In this document: positions 1 through 10,146 of the stretch, piece by piece
Numbering within the stretch: the first letter of the stretch is position 1
Layout: each line of letters opens with the position of its first letter
NCBI GenBank assembly: GCA_046047935.1
Contig: JBJOHA010000058.1
Location: 16,601 to 80,600, forward strand
DNA from: Cyanobacteriota bacterium
GTDB lineage: Bacteria; Cyanobacteriota; Cyanobacteriia; PCC-6307; Cyanobiaceae
Length of the DNA: 64,000 nucleotides
Direction of reading: 5' to 3'
Made by a program: the position numbers and the translations under genes
Notes under the pieces: generated by a model
Databases searched by the model: none
Seen by the model: the letters and a program-made list of their open reading frames with translations, nothing else
Told to the model about the DNA's origin: nothing

Positions 1-820
1 TGCGATCCCAGGCCCAGATTCTCAGCGCTCCGGGGCTGGCCTCCAGCTCCGCAAAGCTGAAGACGCTCGCCGCACGGGCGGACTGCTCGCTGGCCAGGAC
101 CGGTCGCAAGCTTGCTCCTCCCCCACCCACCACCAAGTAGGTGATGCCATCGATGGGCTTGCTGCGCTCGTAGTTGTGCTCGTGGCCATTGATGTAGAGC
201 TGAACGCCGTGCCGTCGCATCAGCGTTGTCAACTTGGCGCCAAGGTGTGGATCGTTGCCGTAAAACCCGGAGGAATAGATCGGGTGATGACCCACCACCA
301 CTTTCCATGGGGCGCGGCTCTGGGCCAGAGAGGTCCGCAGCCAGCTGATCTGCCGTTGCCAATCGGCATTGCCGTTTGTATCCAGCAGGAAGAAATCCAC
401 CAGACCACGCCGCAAGGCGTAAAAACGCCCGGCCATCCCGAACGGCTTGTACGCCACTTGTCGCACGCCGTTGGCTGTGCGGATGTCATGGTTGCCAAGC
501 ACCGCGTGGAAGGGCACACCAGCTTGGAGCAATTCCCTGTAGGGACGCTGGAAGGTGCTCTCCACCAGCGCCAGATCCCCTGAGGGGTAGATGTTGTCTC
601 CGCCCATCACCACAAGATCCACGGGGCGCCGTTGATGAACCAGGCCCATCTGCTGACCCACAGCCCGCTGGTTGGCATCGCCGCTGCCGGTGTCGGCAAC
701 GGCCAGAAAACGCAGGCGGCCCTGGGGCGGGAGGGGAGTGACGGCCCGCGCGAGGGCGGAGAACAGGCTCCCGCCAAGCAGGGCGAGAGGCAACTGACGC
801 AACAGGTCGCGGCGTTTCAC
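1..820 (-). CDS. Metallophosphoesterase, purple-acid-phosphatase-like, with Tat-like signal; runs off the left edge
   Basis: Manual translation from GTG at 820: MKRRDLL..., motifs DTG, GDNIY, GNHD, GHHPIY, GHEHNY. Not in the ORF track because the stop lies outside the window. Confidence 0.85.
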   Translation of the reverse strand, partial: MKRRDLLRQLPLALLGGSLFSALARAVTPLPPQGRLRFLAVADTGSGDANQRAVGQQMGLVHQRRPVDLVVMGGDNIYPSGDLALVESTFQRPYRELLQAGVPFHAVLGNHDIRTANGVRQVAYKPFGMAGRFYALRRGLVDFFLLDTNGNADWQRQISWLRTSLAQSRAPWKVVVGHHPIYSSGFYGNDPHLGAKLTTLMRRHGVQLYINGHEHNYERSKPIDGITYLVVGGGGASLRPVLASEQSARAASVFSFAELEASPGALRIWAWDR

Positions 821-897
821 TGAGCGTGCCGGAAGAGATTCCAAGCTTGCCGGACCAGCGGTTCCGATGTGGCTGGCGCCGGAGGTCTCCCGCACAT

Positions 898-1752
898 TCA
901 GTGGAGCATGGCCGCTTTGGAGTCTGCAGCCTCTGCGCAAGGGGGGGCGGGAAGCCTGTCAGTGATGACCTCCAGGGATAGCAGCTGGTGGGGTCCGAAG
1001 CTGCGCAGAAAAGGCACGTCCCCCGCATCCCGCCCTCGGGCAATGAGCACCCGCCCGCAACGGGGGATGTTGTGGCGCGCGTCAAACACGTACCAGCGAT
1101 CCCCGAGAAACACCTCGAACCAGGCGGAGAAATCCACGGGAAACTCCCCCCGAGGGATCCCGGTGTAGCCCAAATATCCAGTGCAATAACGAGCCGGTAT
1201 GTTCAGACATCGGCAGAGGGCGATCGCCAGGTGGGCAAAGTCGCGACAGACACCCGCGCCGTCATTGAGGGTGTGGCTGGCGGTCTTTTCTGCGCGGACC
1301 GCTTGGTAGTCGAAGCGGATGCGCTCATGCACCCAGTCGCAGATGTCCTGAACGAGGCTCCAACCGGTCTTGCGGGTGTCGAAGGTGGCCCAGGCCAGGT
1401 TCATCAGCGCTGACGTATCGCAATAGGTGCTGGCGTTGAGATAGCGATAGGTGTCGATGGGAAGCAGCCGCACCGGACACAGGGACGCGCTCGGCACCAC
1501 AGGATCCGTTTGGTCCGGACGAATCACGGTAGCGGCGAAGTCAAAGCCGCTGTCGCCCGCAGGAGCGACCCACCGGCTCCAACGATTGCCACTGCTTTCG
1601 GTGAGCAGCTCATAGGCGCGGTCCGGCTCCAGCCTGGTGACCTCCCCGCCTACCAGGTCTTCCAGCACGGTGGGATGGGGATGAACCAAGGCAAGGAACG
1701 GTGTGGATTCCGGACAGCGCAGGGCGAGCCGGCAGCCGATTTGAAGGTGCAC
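898..1752 (-). CDS. Transglutaminase-like family protein
   Basis: GVCRDFAHLAIALCRCLNIPARYCTGYL, WFEVF and FDAR motifs. Confidence 0.85.
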   Translation of the reverse strand: MHLQIGCRLALRCPESTPFLALVHPHPTVLEDLVGGEVTRLEPDRAYELLTESSGNRWSRWVAPAGDSGFDFAATVIRPDQTDPVVPSASLCPVRLLPIDTYRYLNASTYCDTSALMNLAWATFDTRKTGWSLVQDICDWVHERIRFDYQAVRAEKTASHTLNDGAGVCRDFAHLAIALCRCLNIPARYCTGYLGYTGIPRGEFPVDFSAWFEVFLGDRWYVFDARHNIPRCGRVLIARGRDAGDVPFLRSFGPHQLLSLEVITDRLPAPPCAEAADSKAAMLH

Positions 1753-2439
1753 GGGCAGAGGCTGTGAACGGACCGTCCCCTCATCCTGGCCAAGCCAACC
1801 TGTTGTCGCCTGAACCGCGTACCCCCTGCCAGGAAGCCCTGATCAAGGCCGAACCGGTGTGGGCGTCATGGTGTCTCCCAGCCCAGACCGTGTCCCCTGA
1901 CCACTCATGGGCACAACGCTCAACGCTGCCCTAGAAGATCTTCCCAACTGGGTTCTTTGGAGGGCCACGGCAAGGTGGCCAACATCACGGCCTCAGGACG
2001 AGACAATTGCAAACGCCCAATAGAGGACTTTGGGGTCGTAGCGACCCGAACAGACGGATGATGATTCATCAAAACGCGGTGAGGACGGATTATGGAGATC
2101 GCGACTCGGCAGCCAAAAGCAGCGAGTTTAAGACGGTGACCAATCCACAAACCTTACTGCATGGTTGAGCAAAGGGCAACACGCGAGGTCCCGAAGCGGC
2201 TGAATGGCGATCGTTCTGGCTGCAGGAGAGCCGGTGCAGCTGGCCGGGGGCAGAGCCCGCAAGAAGGGCGAACACTGCAGCGTGTCGTGACCATCCCCCA
2301 TGCTGAAGCGTTGTGGCCTCTGGAGTCTTGAGGAGCCAGCGTCAACCCAGCGGGTGGACGAACCAAGACGAGCATGACGGCGTCAAAAGCGGCCGGAATC
2401 AACAAGACTAAGGTTGCATGATGCAGCACTGAGCCGCCG

Positions 2440-3231
2440 ATGGCGCCCCGCAGACTTCTCCTTCATGCTGGCCCCCACAAGACCGGCACGAGTTCGATAC
2501 AAGCCATACTGCGTGATCGTGGTTTCAAATCCTTTTATTATCCGCGAACCGGCCAGTGGTATGACGGTGCTCATCATCAGCTAATCTTCAGCCTCATTCC
2601 TGAATTGCGGCGTCCTGATGGAGAAAGCATTGAGCCCAATGATCTTGAAATGCTCCTGAAGACTGAACTCGAATCAGTTAAGCACGACACCCTCTTGATC
2701 AGTAGTGAGTACCTTAGTGGGGAATGTCTGCCTCGCGTCCTTGACTGGTTGATCAGCAGGCAGATTGCAGATCCAAAGGACGTTCGTGGCATTCTTGTCG
2801 AGAGGGACATGCTGAGCCGAGCCGCGTCTCTTTACAATCAATCTGTAAAAGATCCCTATATTGGAGAGAGACGATCGCCGGACCAGTGGTTCCATGATGA
2901 GCGTTCAAATCTGCTACTGGAACCCATGGTGAACCGGATGCGCAGTGCAGGAATCATGGTGGATGTTCTCCCGTACGAGCCGGCCTCGAGTCTGGCGAGC
3001 CGTTTTTTGTTGGCTGTTGGAGCTCATGCTGATGAAATTCCTGAACAAATCCCTTGGGAAAACATGTCCATGAGTAAGTCTGTTTTACTGGCCTTGCTAG
3101 ACATCAATCGCTCAATCGCAGATCCGTTGGAACGGATCGCCCAAAGAACACGACTGTTCGAGACCCATCAACCAGCCTTTGAACTCTCCACAGCAACGTT
3201 ATTCTCCTGCAGCAGCGAGCCGATGCATTAA
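2440..3231 (+). CDS. Sulfotransferase-like protein
   Basis: N-terminal LLLHAGPHKTGTSSIQ resembles the PAPS-binding loop; later LLISSE and SLYNQ; lower-GC context. Confidence 0.65.
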   Translation: MAPRRLLLHAGPHKTGTSSIQAILRDRGFKSFYYPRTGQWYDGAHHQLIFSLIPELRRPDGESIEPNDLEMLLKTELESVKHDTLLISSEYLSGECLPRVLDWLISRQIADPKDVRGILVERDMLSRAASLYNQSVKDPYIGERRSPDQWFHDERSNLLLEPMVNRMRSAGIMVDVLPYEPASSLASRFLLAVGAHADEIPEQIPWENMSMSKSVLLALLDINRSIADPLERIAQRTRLFETHQPAFELSTATLFSCSSEPMH

Positions 3232-3323
3232 GGGTGTCTCGCCAGAAGAGAGACGCACTGGCACAAAGAGGATGGGTCGAGTGCGGCAACGAAATGTTGG
3301 TGACTCGGCTGATCTCTTATGAA

Positions 3324-6300
3324 TCAAGAGTCCATATGGTTATACAGGTCAACAGCTTCAAGAGCCTCCTTCATTTTCCGTTGTCCTTCCCGATAAGAAA
3401 ATTGAGTGGCGGCATACTCCCGCCCAGCATTCGACAGCGCAATCCATCGATCATCGTGCCGATAAAGAAGTAAGATTGCTGAAACCCACTCCTCGGGATT
3501 GCGGACAATCAGGCAGTCATGACCATGTCGCATGCCGATACCCTCTGCAGCGATAGGCGTTAATACGCAGGGGAGGCCATAGGCGAGGGCATGAACAACC
3601 TTTCCCTTGACACCAGCACCGCTCAGGAGGGGCGCAACAAACACTCGATGCTTCTCGTAAGCAGCTGCGACATCTTTGATATAGCCTACAGGGACAATCC
3701 AATCACTCGCTAAATCTCTAATGTCGTCTTTAAGATTTGAGCCATAGATTGTAAGTCGTATGCCTTGCGAAGCAAGCAGTGGCATGACCTCGCGGCAAAA
3801 CCATTTCAAGCCTTCAGCATTGGGAAAATGATCAAAGTTGGCGAGGAATGACAAACCTTCGCGCTGAGAGAGCGGGGCAATGGTTTCGGGGACAGAAACG
3901 ATCCATGGACATGCCTTCACCTTGACCTCACCGTCCGTGTGCGACGTGATCACCACATGCTCAACTTCATTATAGCTTAAGACCAAATCAACACGACGCA
4001 TGACGTCGAGCTCATGCTCACGTGTGCAACGCATTGCAGCCATTATTTGCTCATCATTATTGACTAGTGCCGAACGCAGTTGTCGAAGGAAATGAAGATC
4101 CGCTGGATTGAGAAGGATCTTGGTTTTCGGTGAATGTTCTCGAATCAGGGGCACAGCTTCCACCGCTACGGTGTAACGAGTCAGATAAGCTGCATCAAAC
4201 TCCTTTGCACGATCAGAAAGGAAGCTGGCGAGGCTTGGATAGAAGGGTGCGGTAATGACCTCTACTCCATTTCGCATCAAGATATCTGTATAGTCACCCA
4301 GACAGTAAAGATTTTGTGGAACAAAGGTGACCTTGTAACCCAGGGATTGGATCAATTCAATTTCCCTCATCGCGGCGTAAGAACCTGCATCTTGATCTTC
4401 GCGTGGTGTTGTATAGTCAATAAATAAGATCCTTCCCTTAATTCCACGATCTTTTTCGAGATCTGGCTGATTACCCTCATCGCCATGCCGAGCAAAAGCC
4501 TTGGCCCACCGTTGCTTGAACTTGGGTCGATTAACTTCCTGATACATCTTGAATCCTTGTGAGGGATCCTTGCCAGCGGTCGTGCCTTCGTCGTGATAAA
4601 CAATAGATGAAGGAATAATATAGGTTTTGTAACCGGCATCACGAACCTTGAAGGAGAAGTCAGTATCTTCAAAATACATTGGTTCTAAATAATCAGACAG
4701 ACCCCCGACTTGATTCCAGATGTGCGTTGTAGTCATCAATGCTGCACCAGAGAGATAGTCCACCTGGCGTGCATAGCTGAAACGCGGTTCCCAAGGATTT
4801 CTACCATGGCCATAATTGCAGGGGTTGCCAGACCCCCAAACGATTCCTCCAGCATCTTGAAGACTTCCATCGGGGTTTAATAATTTAGAACCAACGACTC
4901 CAACATTTTCAAAGCGATGAAATGCATCGATAAGTTCATCAAGCCATCCGACAGTCACTTCCGTATCATTATTGAGGAGAACAACATACTTTCCGCGTGC
5001 TTCCTTGACAGCTTTATTGCAAGCCGCGATGAAGCGTAATGGCTTCTGATTGCGAATCACCCGTATACCAGTAACAAACTTTTCAATGTTACTTGTTTCA
5101 TCAGTTGAGCCATCGTCTACCAGAATGATTTCAAACTTGGTTTGGTTATGAGCTAAAAGCAAGGCACATAAGCAATAATGCGTTACTCTCACATGATTGT
5201 GAGCAGGGATGACGATGGAAACTTCTGGCTCGCTCACGATTGGAAAGGCGAGAGGTGCCATCTCCCGTGACTGAAGCCCTGCTTCCAACGTCTCCAAAGC
5301 GAGCAGCACCATCTCAGCTTGGATCCCTTCGATGGGATGCTTGCAGTGCCGCTGCAGAGATTGGTAACGCTGATGCGCACGCAGGCTGAGCTCTGTTGGA
5401 AGCGGTGGTTTGACTTGGTGGAGAAGCACTTCCCGTGGTGTAAGAAAACGCGGGGCCACGCTGGAGGCGCTCAAGTAAACTTGACTTCCTGCTAGGTCGC
5501 GAATCTCAATCAGGATCGGTTCGCCGCGGAGCCAGTTAACAGGTAGGGGAATGTGTGTGGAATGAGTTCCGATGAAAACAAGCCGACAAAACGTGTGGTT
5601 GATATACAGAGAATAATCACCGGCTGGTTGAGCCTCAACCTCAAGGGTGTGACCATAGTCAGTCCTGAGTTGAACACCAGCTACCCCAGGGCAGAACAGC
5701 TCGTGAGCCGTTCCATTTCCCAGGTTCAGAATAAGACCGGGGTCCTCTGACGCGTAAAAGAGGGAAACGTGGGCTAAGAGCAAACATGTCGATGGATCTG
5801 GTTTTAATCTTTGGCCTAAAGCGCGAGCCTGCAGACCCAGTTGATCTTGACCAGTTTTTCCGCAGTAGCGAAGAACTGGGTTGGCGATAAAATAGTAGCA
5901 ATCAAAGACATCCTTCGTGACATAACAGATACATGTATGCTTAATAAGCAAAGACAAATAAGTTGTGCCTTTCTCGAAGTTCAGCTCTAGCTTGATATCT
6001 TGAAAGGTTGCAGGGTCGTTACCACCTGCCTTGGCCGCATCAAACGAGATTTCTTGAATCTTGCTTTTCCCCTGGTGGGTTGTCATGAGGGCAAGACTGC
6101 CTTGAGCACGATGGCAACCAAGCAGTGCTTCAAAAGACCAGATTTCATCAGTCTCACAATGAACTTCAAGATCAACAAGGAGAGAGATCTCAATAGACTC
6201 ATCTTGAGTTGCAAGCCGAACATGCAGGGTTTGACCATTCAGCACTGAAAAGTTGTGAATTTGATTCAAGCCTGCGTCAAGGACATGAGCCTCACGTAGG

Positions 6301-7499
6301 TCTGATAAAATACTCAGATTATGTTGATTTGCCGAGGTAAAGATATGAAGGCTTTGATGGTGTTGTAATTTCTCCACAATCTCCTGGCTCCATTCTATCT
6401 TGTGCAGGGGGAATGCTTCAGTTCCCTGATAGATAGCTGGAGAAATCGATCCCAAGAGCTCTTCAGGAAAGCTGATGAAAAGACGACCCTCCAACAACCA
6501 TGCCTGAATGGGTGTATCCGTGATCGGACAGAAGTTCAGCGCAGACGTGTATTGATCGCTCCAGGCAGTGGTTCCCGCATCAGAGAGACCTTCCGTGGCA
6601 GTCCTTGCCAAGGTGGTGGTCGATGTTGGCGAACCAGAACAAAGCACTGAGGTCGATGTGTCCGCATTGCCTTGCCTCATCTCAGCACCAAGAGACGCTT
6701 CGTCAAGATGAAGTCCTTCCTCCAGGCCGGAGGTTATGACGTGAGCGATGAGATCAGGATCACTGAGATCAGCCAGCTGAGGATGTCTCTTTCGATAGAT
6801 GGAATAGGGAAATATCAAAGAGAGGACCTGGCAAGACTTGTTCAAACGTTCCTGCCTCTCCTCCAATTCCAGCTGGCGTCCCTGAAGAAGGGAGGAGACT
6901 TTCTCCTGAAGCGAGGCGATTTCATCTCTTTGTTTCAGCAACCTCAGCCCTTGATCAGTCAACAGCCATGTGCACGGCGACTCCGGATCCCTGTTAAATC
7001 CCTGCTCTTCCAACCAACGTGCGCACCCATCACCCCAGAGCTCATCGACTTTGGGGCCATCCAGTTCAATGCGACGAATCCGGTGCAGCCATGTGTCCAC
7101 TCCCTTCAAGATCTCAAGAGGATCACCTTGGCGAAGGATGAGGCTGATGTCGTCAGACCCCTCAGTGGCTGCAGGCCATTGAGCCAAAAGATCGGCAAGA
7201 GATTGGCTCGACAGCCTTTCCTCTTGCAGTAGAACTAGGTTAGGATAGTACTCTTTCCATCTATCTAGAGGTACAACACCATTAAAGCGGGGATCGCTAT
7301 AACGATACCAGTGGATCTCCAGGCCAGATCGACTGGCAAGCACAGCCTGGTGCAGGCTCACGTCCTGGAGAGTCGAACCTCCCGCCCTTTGTTGACGCAG
7401 ATCTTCGATTCTCTCGGCTTCGGCTTCGACGACAAGAAGCGGAATGCGATCATTGTCAGCGAAGGGGCTGGAACCCACCAGGACGTACAACAATGACAT
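3324..7499 (-). CDS. 1391-aa multidomain glycosyltransferase (FkbM-like N-terminus, GT2, GT4-like C-terminus)
   Basis: GT2 motifs VSIVIPAHN, ILVDDGSTD, LLNNDT, YFEDTD; C-terminal GT-B-type RVFVAPLLSGAGVKGKV...ALAYGLP. Confidence 0.85.
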   Translation of the reverse strand: MSLLYVLVGSSPFADNDRIPLLVVEAEAERIEDLRQQRAGGSTLQDVSLHQAVLASRSGLEIHWYRYSDPRFNGVVPLDRWKEYYPNLVLLQEERLSSQSLADLLAQWPAATEGSDDISLILRQGDPLEILKGVDTWLHRIRRIELDGPKVDELWGDGCARWLEEQGFNRDPESPCTWLLTDQGLRLLKQRDEIASLQEKVSSLLQGRQLELEERQERLNKSCQVLSLIFPYSIYRKRHPQLADLSDPDLIAHVITSGLEEGLHLDEASLGAEMRQGNADTSTSVLCSGSPTSTTTLARTATEGLSDAGTTAWSDQYTSALNFCPITDTPIQAWLLEGRLFISFPEELLGSISPAIYQGTEAFPLHKIEWSQEIVEKLQHHQSLHIFTSANQHNLSILSDLREAHVLDAGLNQIHNFSVLNGQTLHVRLATQDESIEISLLVDLEVHCETDEIWSFEALLGCHRAQGSLALMTTHQGKSKIQEISFDAAKAGGNDPATFQDIKLELNFEKGTTYLSLLIKHTCICYVTKDVFDCYYFIANPVLRYCGKTGQDQLGLQARALGQRLKPDPSTCLLLAHVSLFYASEDPGLILNLGNGTAHELFCPGVAGVQLRTDYGHTLEVEAQPAGDYSLYINHTFCRLVFIGTHSTHIPLPVNWLRGEPILIEIRDLAGSQVYLSASSVAPRFLTPREVLLHQVKPPLPTELSLRAHQRYQSLQRHCKHPIEGIQAEMVLLALETLEAGLQSREMAPLAFPIVSEPEVSIVIPAHNHVRVTHYCLCALLLAHNQTKFEIILVDDGSTDETSNIEKFVTGIRVIRNQKPLRFIAACNKAVKEARGKYVVLLNNDTEVTVGWLDELIDAFHRFENVGVVGSKLLNPDGSLQDAGGIVWGSGNPCNYGHGRNPWEPRFSYARQVDYLSGAALMTTTHIWNQVGGLSDYLEPMYFEDTDFSFKVRDAGYKTYIIPSSIVYHDEGTTAGKDPSQGFKMYQEVNRPKFKQRWAKAFARHGDEGNQPDLEKDRGIKGRILFIDYTTPREDQDAGSYAAMREIELIQSLGYKVTFVPQNLYCLGDYTDILMRNGVEVITAPFYPSLASFLSDRAKEFDAAYLTRYTVAVEAVPLIREHSPKTKILLNPADLHFLRQLRSALVNNDEQIMAAMRCTREHELDVMRRVDLVLSYNEVEHVVITSHTDGEVKVKACPWIVSVPETIAPLSQREGLSFLANFDHFPNAEGLKWFCREVMPLLASQGIRLTIYGSNLKDDIRDLASDWIVPVGYIKDVAAAYEKHRVFVAPLLSGAGVKGKVVHALAYGLPCVLTPIAAEGIGMRHGHDCLIVRNPEEWVSAILLLYRHDDRWIALSNAGREYAATQFSYREGQRKMKEALEAVDLYNHMDS

Positions 7500-7677
7500 T
7501 GCCTACACTCACGTCCCAATCTTAAGACATCTTTAGCCACAGGCTTGGATTTGAGCTTCTCGCTGGGTCGTCCACCGCCGGGGGCGCTGCACACCAACCC
7601 CGCCCTTTGACAGCGGTGGGCTGTGAGCCGCCCCTGGCTCCCTTTAACGTGACCAGGACTCAAGGCAAGGACTGGTC

Positions 7678-8367
7678 ATGGCGTCCAGGCGCCGCATTGG
7701 ACTGACTGGTGGCATTGCCACTGGAAAAAGCAGCGTGGCTCGCTGTCTCAGCGAACGTTTCGGGTTGCCTGTCCTTGATGCGGATCGCTTTTCCCATGAG
7801 GTGTTGGCCCCGGGAACGGAGGCCACGCGCGCGGTCATGAATCGCTACGGCCACGCCATCCGCGCACCGCAGGGGCAAGATGAGCCGGCTGCTCTGGATC
7901 GCCGAGCTCTGGCCCGCATCGTGTTTGCTGATGAAGCGGAGCGACGTTGGCTGGAGCGGCTGGTGCATCCTCTGGTCCGCCATCGCATGGAAAACGCTTT
8001 GGCGCTTCTGGAGAGCGAACCGGTTGTGATCTTGATGATCCCCCTTCTCTTTGAAACGGGCCTGGATGCCCTCTGCAGCGAAATCTGGCTGGTGGACTGC
8101 GGTGATGAAGGGGAACAGATCCGACGCCTGATGGCAAGGGATCAGCTCAGCCTGGACGAGGCCAAAGCCCGGATCACAGCTCAATGGCCCATGGCAGCGA
8201 AGCGCGCGCGGGCGGACGTCATCCTTGACAACAGCGGCGAGCCCAACAGCTGGGTGGAGCATGTGGGCAGGAGTCTGGCTCTCTCCGATCCGCCGGCGGT
8301 GGCATTCAGCGACGGGCTTCCATCAGCCGTTCCACCAATCGGGCACGATGCTCCTCCAACTGCTTGA
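7678..8367 (+). CDS. coaE: Dephospho-CoA kinase
   Basis: IGLTGGIATGKS, DAD, LVHPLV, IPLLFE motifs. Confidence 0.95.
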   Translation: MASRRRIGLTGGIATGKSSVARCLSERFGLPVLDADRFSHEVLAPGTEATRAVMNRYGHAIRAPQGQDEPAALDRRALARIVFADEAERRWLERLVHPLVRHRMENALALLESEPVVILMIPLLFETGLDALCSEIWLVDCGDEGEQIRRLMARDQLSLDEAKARITAQWPMAAKRARADVILDNSGEPNSWVEHVGRSLALSDPPAVAFSDGLPSAVPPIGHDAPPTA

Positions 8368-8518
8368 TGGCCAAGAGCATCCATTCCAGTTCGATGCGCA
8401 CCTGGACAGGCAAATCCTTGTCCAGATAAACCCGTAATGAGTCGAGACTGAGGCTGCCGCGACGAAGTTCCCCTTCCAGAGCTTCCAAAGGAGGGGTGTC
8501 GGATGCGGGGCTATTCAT
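8306..8518 (-). CDS. Small hypothetical protein (70 aa) coupled to gatB
   Basis: ATG overlaps the gatB stop (ATGA, 8515-8518); helical composition. Confidence 0.5.
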   Translation of the reverse strand: MNSPASDTPPLEALEGELRRGSLSLDSLRVYLDKDLPVQVRIELEWMLLAIKQLEEHRARLVERLMEARR

Positions 8519-10032
8519 CCTTCGAGCCTCTCTGAAAGCAGACGGTTCGCCAATTGCGGATCCGCTCGGCCACCGGTGCGCTTCATCAGTTGTCCGACAA
8601 AAAAGCCGCGCAACTTGGTTTTGCCAGAACGAAACGCGGCGACCTCCTCGGGATGGGCCTCCAACAGGTCAGCCACAATCGCGGCAAGCTCGGCCGAATC
8701 ACTCATCATGCCCAGGCCCTTGTCCTCGACCAGCGCTTTGGCTGACCCCCCCCGCTCGAAGAGTTCGGGCAAAATCTCTTTGGCGATCTTGCCGCTGATG
8801 GTTCCTGAGGCGATCAATCCCAACAGTTCAGCGAGGTCAGTGGGACGCAATCGCAGTGTGGTGTAAGACAGTCGATGCGCATTCACGTATGCGGCTATAT
8901 CACCAGTGATCCAATTTGCAGCTGCTTTGGGATCAGCACCAGCCGCCACCGTGGCTTCAAAGTATTCGGCCATCGAGCGTTCATCCGTCAGTACACGGGC
9001 GTCATAGGGGGAGAGGAGAAAGGTATCGGCATAGCGGTGGCGTTTGTTTGCGGGAAGTTCCGGCAATTCAGAGCGCCACTGCTCACGCCAGGCATCACTC
9101 ACCTCGATTGGCCCTAAATCAGGTTCTGGGAAGTAACGATAATCACTGCTCCCCTCCTTGCTGCGCATCGGTTTGGTGAGCTGTCGAGCCTCATCCCAGA
9201 GGCGCGTCTCCTGGCGAATGGTTTCACCGGCCTCAATGGCTTTGATCTGGCGCTGAATCTCAAACTCGCATGCTTTTTGGATGGCGCTGAATGAATTCAT
9301 GTTCTTGATTTCCACCTTCACGCCAAACGGAGCCTCAGGACCTTGTCGCACAGAAATGTTGACATCACAGCGCAAGGATCCCTCTTGCATGTTGCCGTCG
9401 CTGACACCGAGATAGCGCATGATGCGCCGAATTTCAGAGGCATACTCGGCCGCTTCACGCCCAGTGCGCAGGTCGGGTTTGCTGACGATTTCCGCCAGGG
9501 CTACACCAGCTCGGTTGTAATCCACCAAGGAGTGGCTGCTGCCCGCCAGGCGGTCGCTACCGGCATGGACAAGCTTTCCCGCATCCTCTTCCATGTGCAG
9601 GCGCTCAATTCCAATCACTTTGAGATAGGTTTCCTTTCCTTTTTCGGCAACTTCTACTTCGATTTGACCTTCGTAACCAATCGGCTCATCATATTGGGAA
9701 ATTTGATAGTTTTTGGGCAAATCGGGGTAAAAGTATTGCTTGCGATCAAATTTGCTGTGGGATGCAATTTGCATATTCAATGCAAGGGCGGCTTTGACGG
9801 CATATTCCAAAACCTTTTCATTGAGCACAGGCAAGGTGCCCGGCAAGCCGCAGACCAGGGGGTCGATATGGGTGTTGGGGTCTTCCCCGAAGGACACCGC
9901 CGCTGGGCTGAAGATCTTTGTGGCGGTCCCCAGTTGCACGTGGATCTCCAAGCCGATCACCGCCTCCCAGGCAGGCTGGCTATCCGCAGGGTGCGTTGTG
10001 GTGGAGACGGCGGAAGCGGCGGCGCTGGCCAT
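8515..10032 (-). CDS. gatB: Asp/Glu-tRNA amidotransferase subunit B
   Basis: IGLEIHVQL, FDRKQYFYPDLPKNYQISQ, LRCDVNIS, YRYFPEPDL; ATG at 10032 chosen. Confidence 0.98.
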   Translation of the reverse strand: MASAAASAVSTTTHPADSQPAWEAVIGLEIHVQLGTATKIFSPAAVSFGEDPNTHIDPLVCGLPGTLPVLNEKVLEYAVKAALALNMQIASHSKFDRKQYFYPDLPKNYQISQYDEPIGYEGQIEVEVAEKGKETYLKVIGIERLHMEEDAGKLVHAGSDRLAGSSHSLVDYNRAGVALAEIVSKPDLRTGREAAEYASEIRRIMRYLGVSDGNMQEGSLRCDVNISVRQGPEAPFGVKVEIKNMNSFSAIQKACEFEIQRQIKAIEAGETIRQETRLWDEARQLTKPMRSKEGSSDYRYFPEPDLGPIEVSDAWREQWRSELPELPANKRHRYADTFLLSPYDARVLTDERSMAEYFEATVAAGADPKAAANWITGDIAAYVNAHRLSYTTLRLRPTDLAELLGLIASGTISGKIAKEILPELFERGGSAKALVEDKGLGMMSDSAELAAIVADLLEAHPEEVAAFRSGKTKLRGFFVGQLMKRTGGRADPQLANRLLSERLEG

Positions 10033-10146
10033 GGAGAGCTCGTTCAGGGCGGCTGGGCCGCAAGACGCTGTGGGGATCATACGGAGAGCCTTCCGTACGG
10101 CAGGCCATCAAGCCTGGCCACACTGGAGGCATCCGCATGGGCCGCC

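Noticed and set aside
1220-1227. HIP1 (GCGATCGC) enrichment
   Set aside because: A few copies seen (e.g. 1220, 40082, 40145), but enrichment cannot be claimed without counts.
1920-2429. Short ORFs in the 1760-2439 gap
   Set aside because: No motifs and mutually overlapping; treated as non-coding or decayed.
9343-10146. Long N-terminal extension of thiO in the ORF track
   Set aside because: Antisense shadow of gatB; the FAD motif begins right after ATG 10147.
10033-10146. TPP riboswitch upstream of thiO
   Set aside because: Short divergent spacer without the conserved TPP aptamer motifs.
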